From Minisyncoccota bacterium (lineage in GTDB: Bacteria; Patescibacteriota; Minisyncoccia; UBA6257; 2-01-FULL-56-20), in assembly GCA_041664245.1 (NCBI GenBank), contig JBAYLC010000002.1, forward strand, positions 11,593-75,592: 64,000 bases of DNA, in the 5' to 3' direction. Positions 53,927-63,471 of this stretch are shown here, one piece after another; the first letter of the stretch is position 1, and the number at the start of each line of letters is the position of its first letter. The notes under the pieces were generated by a model. It searched no databases and was not told the origin of the DNA. It saw only the letters and a program-made list of their open reading frames with translations. Both the position numbers and the translations under genes were made by a program.

Positions 53927-56875
53927 ATGGTGAAAAAATACAATTATAAAGTAACCGAGAAAAAGTGGCAGGAGCGATGGTTAAAGCAGGGGATTTATGA
54001 ACCTGGTCTAAAGAGTTTATCCGCCAAAGGACGGAAACCTTTCTATAATTTGATGATGTTTCCCTATCCGTCGGCTGAAGGGTTACACGTGGGGAATATG
54101 TACGCTTTTACCGGAAGTGATGTTTACGGGCGTTTTAAGAGGATGCAGGGGTATGATGTGTTTGAGCCGATAGGTTTGGATGGATTTGGAATTCATTCGG
54201 AAAATTACGCATTGAAAGTGGGAACACATCCGGCGAAGCAGACAAAAATTTCCGAGAAAAATTTTTATCGCCAGCTTAAAGAAATTGGAAACGGATTTGC
54301 TTGGAAGGAAAAAGTGGAGACGTATGATCCGGAATATTATAGATGGACGCAGTGGATTTTTGCCGAGATGTTTAAGCGAGGACTGGCTTATCGGAAAAAA
54401 CAGGCGGTTAATTGGTGTCCGTCTTGTAAAACAGTTTTGGCCGATGAACAAGTTATTAGCGGAAAGTGCGAGCGGTGTTCGACGGAGGTTATTAAAAAAG
54501 ATTTAGAGCAATGGTTTTTTAGGATCACAAAATACGCCGACCGATTACTAAAAGATTTAGAAAAATTAGATTGGTCTGAGCGGATTAAAATTGCCCAAAG
54601 GAATTGGATTGGAAAATCGGAAGGGGCGGAAGTTGAATTTAGAATTAAGAATAAAGAATCGGGAATAAAGGATACTGGAGTCGTAAAGGTTTTTACGACG
54701 AGGCCGGAGACGATTTTCGGAGCAACTTATTTGGCACTTTCGCCGGAGCACGATTTAGTATCAAGTACCAAGTATCAAGTATCAAATTGGAAAGAAGTTG
54801 AGGATTATATAAAAAAAGCAAAAGCGAAATCGGATGACCCTCCTTCGCATAAAGCTACGGAGGGGCAAGGGGAGAAGACCGGGGTGGAGTTGAAAGGAGT
54901 AAGGGCGATAAATCCAGCGACTAAAAAAGAAATTCCGATTTGGGTGACGGATTACGTTTTAGCTGGCTATGGGACGGGAGCGATTATGGCGGTGCCGGCG
55001 CATGATGAACGAGATTTTGAGTTCGCGACGAAATATAAATTGCCGATTTATGATGTTATTGAGCCGGTTTATATTCAAGACACGGAGCCGGGAATAGTTA
55101 AGGAGGGCTTGCCGTTTGAGCATCGGGATGCAGTTATTGTGATTGTGAAACACTGGTCAGAGGATAAATATATTGGGTTAAAGTGGAAAAAAGTGGCGTG
55201 GGGGACGTTTATTACGGGCGGTATAGAGAAAGGGCAAACTCCGGAAGAGGCGGCAAAAACAGAGATCAGAGAAGAGACGGGGTATTTGAATCCAAAATTT
55301 GTCGATGATTTCGGAATAGTGCATGGCAAGTTTTATCATGTGCCTAAAAAAGTAAATCGTTTTGCTCATTCTCACGTTGTGTATCTAGAGTTACAAGACG
55401 GTGCAAGGGAGGATATTTCTGAGAAAGAAAGAGAAATACATGACGTGCTTTGGCTAACTTTACCAGAGCTGGAAAAGTTTTTAACACCCGGTTCCCACCA
55501 TCATGCTTTGCGAATGCTGAAAAAGACTCAGAGGGCCTACGAAGAACTGGGGATTCTTAGAAATTCTGGAGATTTTGACGGGATGGACTCAGAAGAGTCG
55601 AAATGGAAAGTTACTGAATTTGTGGGTGGAAAAAGGAAAATTCAATACCGACTTAGAGATTGGTTGATTTCTAGACAAAGATACTGGGGGCCGCCGATTC
55701 CGATGATTTTTTGTGAGAAGTGCGCGGAAAATAAAAAGGGAGAGCAAAAAGAAATGCCAGGGTGGTATGCCGTGCCGGAAAAAGATTTGCCGGTGGTTTT
55801 ACCGCCGGTTAAAGATTTTCGGCCGAGGGGAAAAGGGCAATCACCGCTCGCCTCGGTAAAATTTTTTTACGAGGTGAAATGTCCAGCGTGTAAATCACTG
55901 GCGAGACGAGAGACGGATATTTCTGATAATTTTTTAGATTCGGCCTGGTATTATTTGCGCTACATAGATTCAAAAAACAAGAAAGAATTATTCAGCAAGA
56001 AGTTGGCCGAGAAGTGGCTGCCAATTAATATGTACATTGGCGGAGCGGAACACTCCGTGCTCCATCTTTTGTATGTCCGATTTTTAGCTAAAGTTTTTTA
56101 TGATTGGGGATTGGTTAGATTCGACGAACCGGCAAAAAAATTCCGGGCGCATGGACTTTTAATTCGTGACGGTAAGAAAATTTCCAAATCAAAAGGAAAT
56201 ATTATTAATCCCGATGATTTTATAAAAGAATTTGGCGCGGATGCGCTTAGGATGCATTTGATGTTTCTTGGGCCATTTGAGGACGGCGGAGATTTTAGAG
56301 ATAGCGGGATTTTGGGACTTTCCAGATTTTTGGATCGCGTTTTTAAATTAGTTGCTAGCGATAATTTTAGAAAGTCGGGAAATTTAGATTTTGAACGTAT
56401 TCTACATAAAACAATTAAAAAGGTTACGGAAGATATAGAAAATTTGCATTACAATACGGCGATTAGCGCGTTGATGATTTTGTTGAACGAGGCGGAGAAA
56501 AGTGACGGAATTTCGAAAGAACAGGCAGCTAGCTTTCTTAAATTATTGGCGCCGTTTGCACCGTATCTCTCTGAAGAATTATATCAACAATTTTTCGGTT
56601 CGAAGTTAGGTGTTAGAAGTTCGAAACGATTTGATTCAATACATCTTTCAGAATGGCCGAAATACGATTCTAATTTGATTAAGGAAAATACTTTCAATTT
56701 GGTTGTTCAAGTAAATGGGAAGACGAGAGATGCTTTTGAAGTGTCGACCAATATCAAGGAGGCAGAAGCGAAGAGTTTGGCTTTGAATAGGGAGAGGGTG
56801 CAAAAGTTTACTGAAGGGAAAGAAATCAAGAAAACTATTTTTGTAGCGGGACGGCTTATAAATCTTGTGATTTAG
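53927..56875 (+). CDS. leuS: Leucine--tRNA ligase with inserted Nudix domain
   Basis: MFPYPS..HVGN, FTTRPET, GTGAIMAVPAHD, DWLISRQRYWG, KISKS, VVQVNGK; Nudix box near 55217-55285. Confidence 0.95.
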   Translation: MVKKYNYKVTEKKWQERWLKQGIYEPGLKSLSAKGRKPFYNLMMFPYPSAEGLHVGNMYAFTGSDVYGRFKRMQGYDVFEPIGLDGFGIHSENYALKVGTHPAKQTKISEKNFYRQLKEIGNGFAWKEKVETYDPEYYRWTQWIFAEMFKRGLAYRKKQAVNWCPSCKTVLADEQVISGKCERCSTEVIKKDLEQWFFRITKYADRLLKDLEKLDWSERIKIAQRNWIGKSEGAEVEFRIKNKESGIKDTGVVKVFTTRPETIFGATYLALSPEHDLVSSTKYQVSNWKEVEDYIKKAKAKSDDPPSHKATEGQGEKTGVELKGVRAINPATKKEIPIWVTDYVLAGYGTGAIMAVPAHDERDFEFATKYKLPIYDVIEPVYIQDTEPGIVKEGLPFEHRDAVIVIVKHWSEDKYIGLKWKKVAWGTFITGGIEKGQTPEEAAKTEIREETGYLNPKFVDDFGIVHGKFYHVPKKVNRFAHSHVVYLELQDGAREDISEKEREIHDVLWLTLPELEKFLTPGSHHHALRMLKKTQRAYEELGILRNSGDFDGMDSEESKWKVTEFVGGKRKIQYRLRDWLISRQRYWGPPIPMIFCEKCAENKKGEQKEMPGWYAVPEKDLPVVLPPVKDFRPRGKGQSPLASVKFFYEVKCPACKSLARRETDISDNFLDSAWYYLRYIDSKNKKELFSKKLAEKWLPINMYIGGAEHSVLHLLYVRFLAKVFYDWGLVRFDEPAKKFRAHGLLIRDGKKISKSKGNIINPDDFIKEFGADALRMHLMFLGPFEDGGDFRDSGILGLSRFLDRVFKLVASDNFRKSGNLDFERILHKTIKKVTEDIENLHYNTAISALMILLNEAEKSDGISKEQAASFLKLLAPFAPYLSEELYQQFFGSKLGVRSSKRFDSIHLSEWPKYDSNLIKENTFNLVVQVNGKTRDAFEVSTNIKEAEAKSLALNRERVQKFTEGKEIKKTIFVAGRLINLVI

Positions 56876-56912
56876 TTTTGCTAATTTATCGCTATTTTTA
56901 TATCCTTAAGGA

Positions 56913-57968
56913 ATGAGTAGGGCAGTGATGAATAAAGATCATTTTATGCTTAAAGAAATTTTGGAGACTCCAATAGTGTTGGATGGTTTAGCAACCTCGG
57001 ATTTTGTTTTACCACCGACAGTTTTAAATAAACTTGTGAATGCCGAGCGGATTTTGATTTTGGGTTGCGGAACATCTTATCACGCCGGGCTTCTGGGGAA
57101 GATTTTTTTAGAAAGATTCGGGCATGTGTCGGTTATGACCATAATTGCTTCAGAGTGGAATAGTTTGCCTGATGAAAACGGTAAATTTGATTTGGCTATT
57201 TTAATTTCACAATCTGGAGAAACAGCAGAGATACTTTCGGCGTTTAAAATTTTGCGAGCGAAAAATATTTTTACGATTGCTATTACTAACGCGGAAAAAT
57301 CATCAGTGGCCCAAGAGGCAGATTTTTCGATTTATCAAAATGCTGGTTTAGAAAAAAGCGTGGCGGCCACGAAAACATTTATTTCACAAGCGGCGATTCT
57401 TTTACGATTGGCTTTGACGGTAAAAAAATCAGAGACGGCGACAAGAGAACTTAAAAAATTGTCTAATTTAACTCGACAAATTATTAAACAGGAATTACGC
57501 ATTAAGGCAATAGCGATGAAATATAAGCGTTTTGATCGATTATTTGTATTTGGCCGAGGAACGAATTTACCAATTGCTCTTGAGGGGGCACTGAAATTGA
57601 AAGAAAGCGCTCAGGTTTTTACTGAAGGATTGCCTACGGGAGAGCTTCGGCACGGACCAATGGCGATGATAGATAAAAAACTGCCTTCGATTTTTATTTT
57701 GCCGATTGATTCGGATTATAGAAAGAATTTATCAATTTTAGCAGATGTGAAAAAGAACGGGGGATCGATTATCGTAATAACGACTGAGGGGAATAAGGAT
57801 TTGGCAAAACTTGTGAAGGATGTGATTTACATACCAAAAACAGTGGAATATTTTTATCCGTTTCTTTCGGCGGTGGCGTTACAGCTGTTAGCTTATTGGA
57901 GCGGGGTTTTACGAGGTTGTAATGTCGATAAACCAAGGAATTTAACAAAGGCGGTGACAAAAGAATAA
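56913..57968 (+). CDS. Double-SIS protein, GlmS isomerase domain without glutaminase domain
   Basis: MLKEILE, GCGTSYHA, SQSGETA, VAATKTF, EGALKLKE, HGP, DKPRNLTKAVT. Confidence 0.85.
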   Translation: MSRAVMNKDHFMLKEILETPIVLDGLATSDFVLPPTVLNKLVNAERILILGCGTSYHAGLLGKIFLERFGHVSVMTIIASEWNSLPDENGKFDLAILISQSGETAEILSAFKILRAKNIFTIAITNAEKSSVAQEADFSIYQNAGLEKSVAATKTFISQAAILLRLALTVKKSETATRELKKLSNLTRQIIKQELRIKAIAMKYKRFDRLFVFGRGTNLPIALEGALKLKESAQVFTEGLPTGELRHGPMAMIDKKLPSIFILPIDSDYRKNLSILADVKKNGGSIIVITTEGNKDLAKLVKDVIYIPKTVEYFYPFLSAVALQLLAYWSGVLRGCNVDKPRNLTKAVTKE

Positions 57969-57970
57969 TT

Positions 57971-58921
57971 ATGATTAAGAAAATTTTATTAGTTTTGTTT
58001 GTGGTCTTGATTTTGTCTCTGATTGTCTATCTTTTTACCGGCGGGCTAATCAAAAAATTGGGGGGAAGTTTAAATTCAACCTCGACAACATCATTTTTCA
58101 GTTTTGGTAGTCTTTTCGGTAATAGTTCAAGTAGCCATATGAGCTACCAAGGTTACCAGGGCGGGAATCAAGTGCTCTATACGTCGACTTCGGCGGTACA
58201 GCAATATATTTCTTCATCCAGCAGCGGTTACGGAAAAAGTATTCCCGAAGGCTTTACGAAGGAGGATCTTTCGCCGAATGCCGGCAAAGTCAGAATTGGT
58301 TCGATTTCCGGCGGCTGGAGCGGCTCGTATGGCCAGATTTCTTTGATTTCGGGAATTATGGGAGATACTAAAATTGATATAACCGGATGGCAAATTAAGG
58401 GCCGGACCGGTTTGTTTTATCTGCCGAAGGCAGTTCCGTTTTATAGTCCATCTGGATTAGATGCGCCGACAGATATAATTTTAGGGAAAGGTGAGATAGT
58501 TAATATTTACTCGTCCGCCAGCGCGATCGGAATTAATTTAAGATTAAATAAGTGCTTGGGATATATTGAAAATACAAATCATTTCACGCCGACTTTGCCG
58601 AAGAGTTGCCCCCGGCCAATCGATGAAGTTTCGGGGGTTTATAATTTTTCGTCGAAATGCCAGGATTACGTTACTTCATTGGGATCTTGTTCTTTCCCGA
58701 ATATTAGCCAGTTGTGGTTGCAAAATAGTAATGAGTATGCCTGCCGGAGTTTCTTGGAGTCGATTAATTATAAAGGATGTTTTGATAAACATCGATCCGA
58801 TTCTAATTTCTTGAGCAATGAGTGGAGAGTTTGGGCAGGTTCAAAATTTCTTGATCCAAGGCACGATCGGGTTTTACTTTTTGACGCCAAAGGATTATTA
58901 GTTGATTCGGCGACGTATTAA
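57971..58921 (+). CDS. Membrane-anchored hypothetical protein, lamin-tail-like C-terminal domain
   Basis: N-terminal TM, Ser-rich linker, IDITGW, NKCLGY, LFDAKGLLVD. Confidence 0.7.
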   Translation: MIKKILLVLFVVLILSLIVYLFTGGLIKKLGGSLNSTSTTSFFSFGSLFGNSSSSHMSYQGYQGGNQVLYTSTSAVQQYISSSSSGYGKSIPEGFTKEDLSPNAGKVRIGSISGGWSGSYGQISLISGIMGDTKIDITGWQIKGRTGLFYLPKAVPFYSPSGLDAPTDIILGKGEIVNIYSSASAIGINLRLNKCLGYIENTNHFTPTLPKSCPRPIDEVSGVYNFSSKCQDYVTSLGSCSFPNISQLWLQNSNEYACRSFLESINYKGCFDKHRSDSNFLSNEWRVWAGSKFLDPRHDRVLLFDAKGLLVDSATY

Positions 58922-58988
58922 TTTTGATTTTAGGGATGTTTGCGGTTATACTGATTTTAGTTTTTTGATTTTTAAGAAGGGAGACTTC

Positions 58989-59240
58989 ATGGCGTTATAT
59001 CAGTGTCCGGTTTGTTCAACTCTTTATACCAGAGGTGGAAAATGCCGGAATGAATGCTGCCCAGATCACAGTAAGCCCCCTGTTCTTAAACCAACCGAGG
59101 AGAAGCATATTGAAGACGGTCGGGAGTGTCCAGTGTGTGGAGTCGTTTTTTTGGTGGGAGGAAACGGAGCGTGCTCTAATACTCAGTGTAACTTTGCTGA
59201 CCTTGTAAAGTATGCTTATGCGGACGGGGCGAGAATTTGA
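58989..59240 (+). CDS. Small Cys-rich protein with two CPVC zinc-ribbon-like modules
   Basis: CPVC..C..CC..H and CPVC..C..C; AAGGGAG SD; terminator near 59253-59287. Confidence 0.6.
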   Translation: MALYQCPVCSTLYTRGGKCRNECCPDHSKPPVLKPTEEKHIEDGRECPVCGVVFLVGGNGACSNTQCNFADLVKYAYADGARI

Positions 59241-59368
59241 GGGTGAAAAAAAAGAAACGGCTCTCCGTGATAGGAGAGCCGTTTTTTGTTTCCTTTAATT
59301 TTACTTTTGGTGTTACTTAGGGCTACAATAATTTGAGTTGTTTCTTGGTTTTGAAAGGAGTTTTTCCG

Positions 59369-59626
59369 ATGAGACTGAAAAGATTGTTGTACCAGTTGAT
59401 TGAGTTCGTAGTTGTTGCGTATTGCATATTTAACTACGAGTTTTTCCATGGTATCTTCAGGCATGGTTGGTTGAGAGATAATCAGCCGTTGTTATTTCTT
59501 TCTATTATCGGCATTCTACTTGGATGGGCGGCGCTAATTGTGCCATTTATCAAATCCTTCAAGTTTCTTTCTTCTAGTCCGATTTACCGACACATGGAAG
59601 CTGTCGAAACAGAAAGCCCCTCCTAG
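59369..59626 (+). CDS. Orphan two-TM membrane protein
   Basis: AAGGAG SD before ATG 59369; stop inside terminator AAAGCCCCTC/GAGGGGCTTT. Confidence 0.5.
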   Translation: MRLKRLLYQLIEFVVVAYCIFNYEFFHGIFRHGWLRDNQPLLFLSIIGILLGWAALIVPFIKSFKFLSSSPIYRHMEAVETESPS

Positions 59627-59655
59627 AGGGGCTTTTCTCTTTTATTTAATATTTT

Positions 59656-60705
59656 TTATTTTCTTTCGGCTAGAGTGACTTTAACTTTCAATTCTTTTTT
59701 GCCACGAAGAATATCGAGATTGATTGTGTCGCCAACAGCTAGATTTTCAAGGAAATCTTGGATAGGATGGTCGCAGTCAATTCGTTGATTATCCAAGGTT
59801 AAAATAATATCTTTTTCTTTGATGCCGGCTTTGGCGGCCGGGCTTTGGGGAACGATGCCGTTATCTTGGGTGTTTTCGTCTACAACTAAAGCACCATAGT
59901 CAACGGGAAGTTTCATTTTATCTTTTAGTTTTTCATCGATTGTCATATAACGAACACCAAGCAGGGGACGCTTAATGTGGCCGTATTTTTTTAGATCATT
60001 TAGATCTCTTTTAGCGGCATCAATCGGAATGGCAAAGCCGATGTTTTGGGCACCGAAGACGATAGCGGCGTTAATGCCGATGGTAAAGCCGTTTAGATTA
60101 ACCAAGGGGCCGCCGGAATTGCCGTGATTGATAGCGGCGTCGGTTTGGATTAGCCCGCGCATTTCTTGAGGTGGGGATTGAGGATCGGCTTGTGCGCTGA
60201 TTGAACGAGAAAGGCCAGAGATTATTCCGCTTGAAACAGTATTTTTGAAAATTCCTAAAGCGTTGCCGATGGCGATAACGCTTTGGCCAAGGTCGAGATT
60301 ACTGGCACTGCCTAACTCTACGACTGGCAGGTTGTCGGCTTGAATTTTAATAATAGCAACATCGTTTATCGGATCACGGGTAATAATTTCGGCGGGGAAC
60401 TTTCGGTCGTCGTTTAAAATTACGGTATATTCGGCTTTGGAGTCGCTGATGACATGTTTGTTAGTAAGAATGATTCCTTTGGAATCAACGATGAATCCCG
60501 AACCGCCGCCGATTTGAACCATCCCGCGCTTATCGATTAGTTCATCGGGGATTTTAAGTTCAGGTCCATTGGGGCCGGCAGGGAGAAAAGGATAGAGGTC
60601 GGGCGGAATTTCTTTCTCAATATCTTCAAGGTGTTTCGAAATCACAATCGAGACAACCGCGGGCATTGTTTTTTTAATCGTGGAGATAATTTTTTGGTCG
60701 GACAT
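59656..60705 (-). CDS. HtrA/DegP-family serine protease with PDZ domain
   Basis: GSGFI..TNKHV, D.A, QTDAAINHGNSGGPL, C-terminal PDZ. Confidence 0.93.
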   Translation of the reverse strand: MSDQKIISTIKKTMPAVVSIVISKHLEDIEKEIPPDLYPFLPAGPNGPELKIPDELIDKRGMVQIGGGSGFIVDSKGIILTNKHVISDSKAEYTVILNDDRKFPAEIITRDPINDVAIIKIQADNLPVVELGSASNLDLGQSVIAIGNALGIFKNTVSSGIISGLSRSISAQADPQSPPQEMRGLIQTDAAINHGNSGGPLVNLNGFTIGINAAIVFGAQNIGFAIPIDAAKRDLNDLKKYGHIKRPLLGVRYMTIDEKLKDKMKLPVDYGALVVDENTQDNGIVPQSPAAKAGIKEKDIILTLDNQRIDCDHPIQDFLENLAVGDTINLDILRGKKELKVKVTLAERK

Positions 60706-60773
60706 TGTCTAAAGTATAACACAAAAGAAAATTAAGCCGGTGTTGAAAACGCAGCGCGTTTTTTTTATTTTAA

Positions 60774-61367
60774 TTATTTTTTCTTTTTGGCGAGCAACCA
60801 CTCTGGCGGCGAAGAAAAAGTTATTGATTCCCAATGATCAATTTCTGAATCGGTGAAATCGTAATGAGTTTGATAAATAACTTCGACGCTTCCATATAAC
60901 GCGTTCTTCCAATCTAAACAAAGGACTTTTGCGGCACCCTTTACATTTTCCTCGGTGGGACCTTCTAATTCCACAAAGGGTGGAACCCATGGCCAGGTGT
61001 CTATTGTTATTTCTACGCCATCATGGATCCACTTTTCTCTTTTTGTTTCTTGATAGGATTTTATTTGAAGACCGATAGAGGCTAAAAACTCGCACGCCTT
61101 TTCGAAATCTTCCACTATAAGGGATATTTCTTTTGTTCCATGGAGTGTGCGATCGCTTAGCTCTTTATAGCTCATTGTCGTTTTATCACCTTCGTTTCGT
61201 ACTCGAATCCAGCCGCCTATTTTTTCCAGTCGCCAATCGGGATAATCAAAATTTTTCCGCCGCATCAATATTTCGGGGTGCACCATCGTCGCGCCGATAT
61301 CTTTAAGTTTTTGGCGTAACGCATCGCAGTCAATATCGGGGAATTTGGCTTCGATTTCAGTTTCCAT
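60774..61367 (-). CDS. CYTH domain protein
   Basis: EIEAK, WIRVR, ETKRE, FVELEG. Confidence 0.88.
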   Translation of the reverse strand: METEIEAKFPDIDCDALRQKLKDIGATMVHPEILMRRKNFDYPDWRLEKIGGWIRVRNEGDKTTMSYKELSDRTLHGTKEISLIVEDFEKACEFLASIGLQIKSYQETKREKWIHDGVEITIDTWPWVPPFVELEGPTEENVKGAAKVLCLDWKNALYGSVEVIYQTHYDFTDSEIDHWESITFSSPPEWLLAKKKK

Positions 61368-61390
61368 AATTAATCGTAAGAATTTCTAAT

Positions 61391-61478
61391 TGGCGGAGGG
61401 GGTGGGATTTGAACCCACGATCCCTTGCGGGATGCCGCATTTCAAGTGCGGTGGAATAAGCCACTATCCGACCCCTCC
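61391..61478 (-). tRNA. tRNA-Ser(TGA)
   Basis: Cloverleaf with long variable arm, loop CT-TGA-AA, encoded CCA. Confidence 0.93.
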
Positions 61479-61485
61479 ATGACGG

Positions 61486-61557
61486 TGGACCCGAGCGGGA
61501 TCGAACCGCTGATCTCCTCATTGCAAATGAGGCGTTCTACCACTGAACTACGGGCCC
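61486..61557 (-). tRNA. tRNA-Ala(TGC)
   Basis: GGGCCCG acceptor with G3:U70, loop TT-TGC-AA; followed by CCG rather than CCA. Confidence 0.93.
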
Positions 61558-61571
61558 GCGATAAATATCGC

Positions 61572-61645
61572 TGGTGGACCTACGGGGAGTCGAACCCCGA
61601 CCTCCTCCATGCCATGGAGGCGTTCTACCGCTATACTATAGGCCC
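61572..61645 (-). tRNA. tRNA-Ala(GGC)
   Basis: GGGCCTA acceptor with G3:U70, loop AT-GGC-AT, encoded CCA. Confidence 0.93.
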
Positions 61646-61698
61646 TTTAAAAAAATTATGACGTTGATTATACTAACAGAGCAAAATATACACAATTT

Positions 61699-61773
61699 GC
61701 CCTCGTAGTTCAATGGATAGAACAGATCCGTCCTAAGGATAAGATAGGAGTTCGATTCTCTTCGAGGGCACCA
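61699..61773 (+). tRNA. tRNA-Arg(CCT)
   Basis: GCCCTCG/CGAGGGC acceptor, loop GT-CCT-AA, GTTCGA T-loop, CCA. Confidence 0.9.
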
Positions 61774-61799
61774 CTAAGCTAAATTTCAACGCTTAGTAA

Positions 61800-61884
61800 G
61801 GAGGGTTCGCATAGTGGTCTAGTGCGCCGCACTCGAAATGCGGTTGGGGGCAACCCCTCACAGGTTCAAATCCTGTACCCTCCG
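61800..61884 (+). tRNA. tRNA-Ser(CGA)
   Basis: GGAGGGT/ACCCTCC acceptor, loop CT-CGA-AA, long variable arm; followed by CCT. Confidence 0.92.
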
Positions 61885-61886
61885 CC

Positions 61887-62765
61887 TTATTCGTTAAAGA
61901 ATTTTATAAATTGTTTGAAAAATCCGGTGGGTTTGTTTTTAGCAATTCGCTTGCCAATTAATCTTTTGATTTCCGGCATTTTATTAATAGCGGCTCGATA
62001 ACCTTCGGCAACGAGTTCGTCGGTTTTTTTGAAGTCTGAGGGGCTGAAGTTTTCTAAATTTGGCTCAATGAGGACGTTAGCTTTTTCTAGGCTGGGATTG
62101 TTTTGATTTCTTATTAAGATATCGGTTGAGATTGAAACTACATCGAGAAGATTTATCATTTTATTTTTTGAAGGCCAACGAACAACGTTAACGCCGATTA
62201 TAATGTTGGCTCCCATCTCTTGAAGTGGAGAGATAGGCAAGTTTTCGATAAATCCGCCATCAATTAGTTTAGCGCCGTTAATTTCCACGGGAATAAAAAT
62301 TCCAGGAAGGCAACTGCTGGCTCTTATGGCGTCCACGAGGTGGCCGCGGCGAAGGACTACTTTTTTTCCGGTTTCAATATTAGTGGCCATAATTGCAAGC
62401 GGGGTTCGGGCATCTTCGATATCGACGGAGCCGATAATTTCCTGAATCAATTTCTCAAGATTTTTATTGGAAACTAGACCAAGTTTGGAGTTAGGAAGAC
62501 TAGATAGGGTATACCAAGATAAATTTTTTGATTTTTCAATCATTTGGTTGGGCGGAACGCCGAAAGCAAAACTGGCGGCCACAATGGCGCCGGCGCTGGT
62601 GCCAGAAATAAAATCAATTGGAATGCTGTTTTCGATGAAGGCTTTAAGAACGCCGATGTGGGCGATTCCGCGAGCGGAGCCGCCACCCAAGGCAAGACCG
62701 ATGAGCGGGTATTTTTTTGATTTCTTTTTTCGAACAGAGAAGCTAGTTTTGGACATATATCTCAT
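61887..62765 (-). CDS. Patatin-like phospholipase
   Basis: GGGSARG, GTSAG, DGG. Confidence 0.92.
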   Translation of the reverse strand: MRYMSKTSFSVRKKKSKKYPLIGLALGGGSARGIAHIGVLKAFIENSIPIDFISGTSAGAIVAASFAFGVPPNQMIEKSKNLSWYTLSSLPNSKLGLVSNKNLEKLIQEIIGSVDIEDARTPLAIMATNIETGKKVVLRRGHLVDAIRASSCLPGIFIPVEINGAKLIDGGFIENLPISPLQEMGANIIIGVNVVRWPSKNKMINLLDVVSISTDILIRNQNNPSLEKANVLIEPNLENFSPSDFKKTDELVAEGYRAAINKMPEIKRLIGKRIAKNKPTGFFKQFIKFFNE

Positions 62766-62838
62766 CTATTATAGCATTTTTTTTAGCGGTATTTTAGCCG
62801 ATTCGGTAATTTAATATTGTGTTATAATTGTTTTAACT

Positions 62839-63453
62839 ATGAATTCTAGGAGGGGGTTCACTCTAATTGAATTATTGATCGTCATCGGAATTGTGGCGGT
62901 TTTGGTGACTGTTGTTGTTCTCGTTATTAATCCCGCCAATATCAGAAAGGAAGCTAGAGACGTGGTGCGGCAAACCGACCTTAAGACGTTAAGCGCGGCA
63001 ATTCAGTTTGCTACCATTGATAAGATTAATATTAACACCGGCGAAAAAAATAAAATTTATCTTTCGTTGCCGGATAATAATCCGAATTGTTCGAGCTATT
63101 CTAATCTCCCGGTTTTATCGCCAGGTTGGTCTTACGCCTGTGTCTCTCGGGATAATTTAAGGAAGATAGATGGCACCGGTTGGGTACCGGTTGATTTCCG
63201 CTCTTTGGCTTTTTCACTATTATCAGTTCTACCAATTGATCCAGCTAATGATGCCGTACAGGGGCTTTATTACAGTTATGCGGTTGGCAGTTGGGAATTT
63301 GAAACAAGATTAGAATCAACTAAATATGCTGGCGTGGCAACAGAGGATGGCGGTAAAACGCCGTTGCTCTTAGAGATTGGTTCAGATTTGAATTTGATGC
63401 CTAGTCAAATTAGTGACCGTTTGAGTCCGCCGGCTACCGGTGTTCATGATTAA
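62839..63453 (+). CDS. Type IV prepilin-like protein
   Basis: RRG|FTLIELLIVI N-methylation motif; LPIDP. Confidence 0.9.
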   Translation: MNSRRGFTLIELLIVIGIVAVLVTVVVLVINPANIRKEARDVVRQTDLKTLSAAIQFATIDKININTGEKNKIYLSLPDNNPNCSSYSNLPVLSPGWSYACVSRDNLRKIDGTGWVPVDFRSLAFSLLSVLPIDPANDAVQGLYYSYAVGSWEFETRLESTKYAGVATEDGGKTPLLLEIGSDLNLMPSQISDRLSPPATGVHD

Positions 63454-63471
63454 ATATTTATTAGCAAGTTT

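Noticed and set aside
61425-61661. 78-aa ORF in the track
   Set aside because: It is antisense to three tRNA genes.
61391-61884. tRNA cluster as an integration site for a prophage or island
   Set aside because: No integrase and no duplicated tRNA 3' end seen in the window.
61486-61884. tRNA-Ala(TGC) and tRNA-Ser(CGA) lacking encoded CCA as pseudogenes
   Set aside because: The cloverleaves are intact and CCA can be added enzymatically.
14-62814. Numerous antisense or alternate-frame ORFs of 60-150 aa inside recognised genes
   Set aside because: Shadow ORFs with no recognisable motifs or expression signals.
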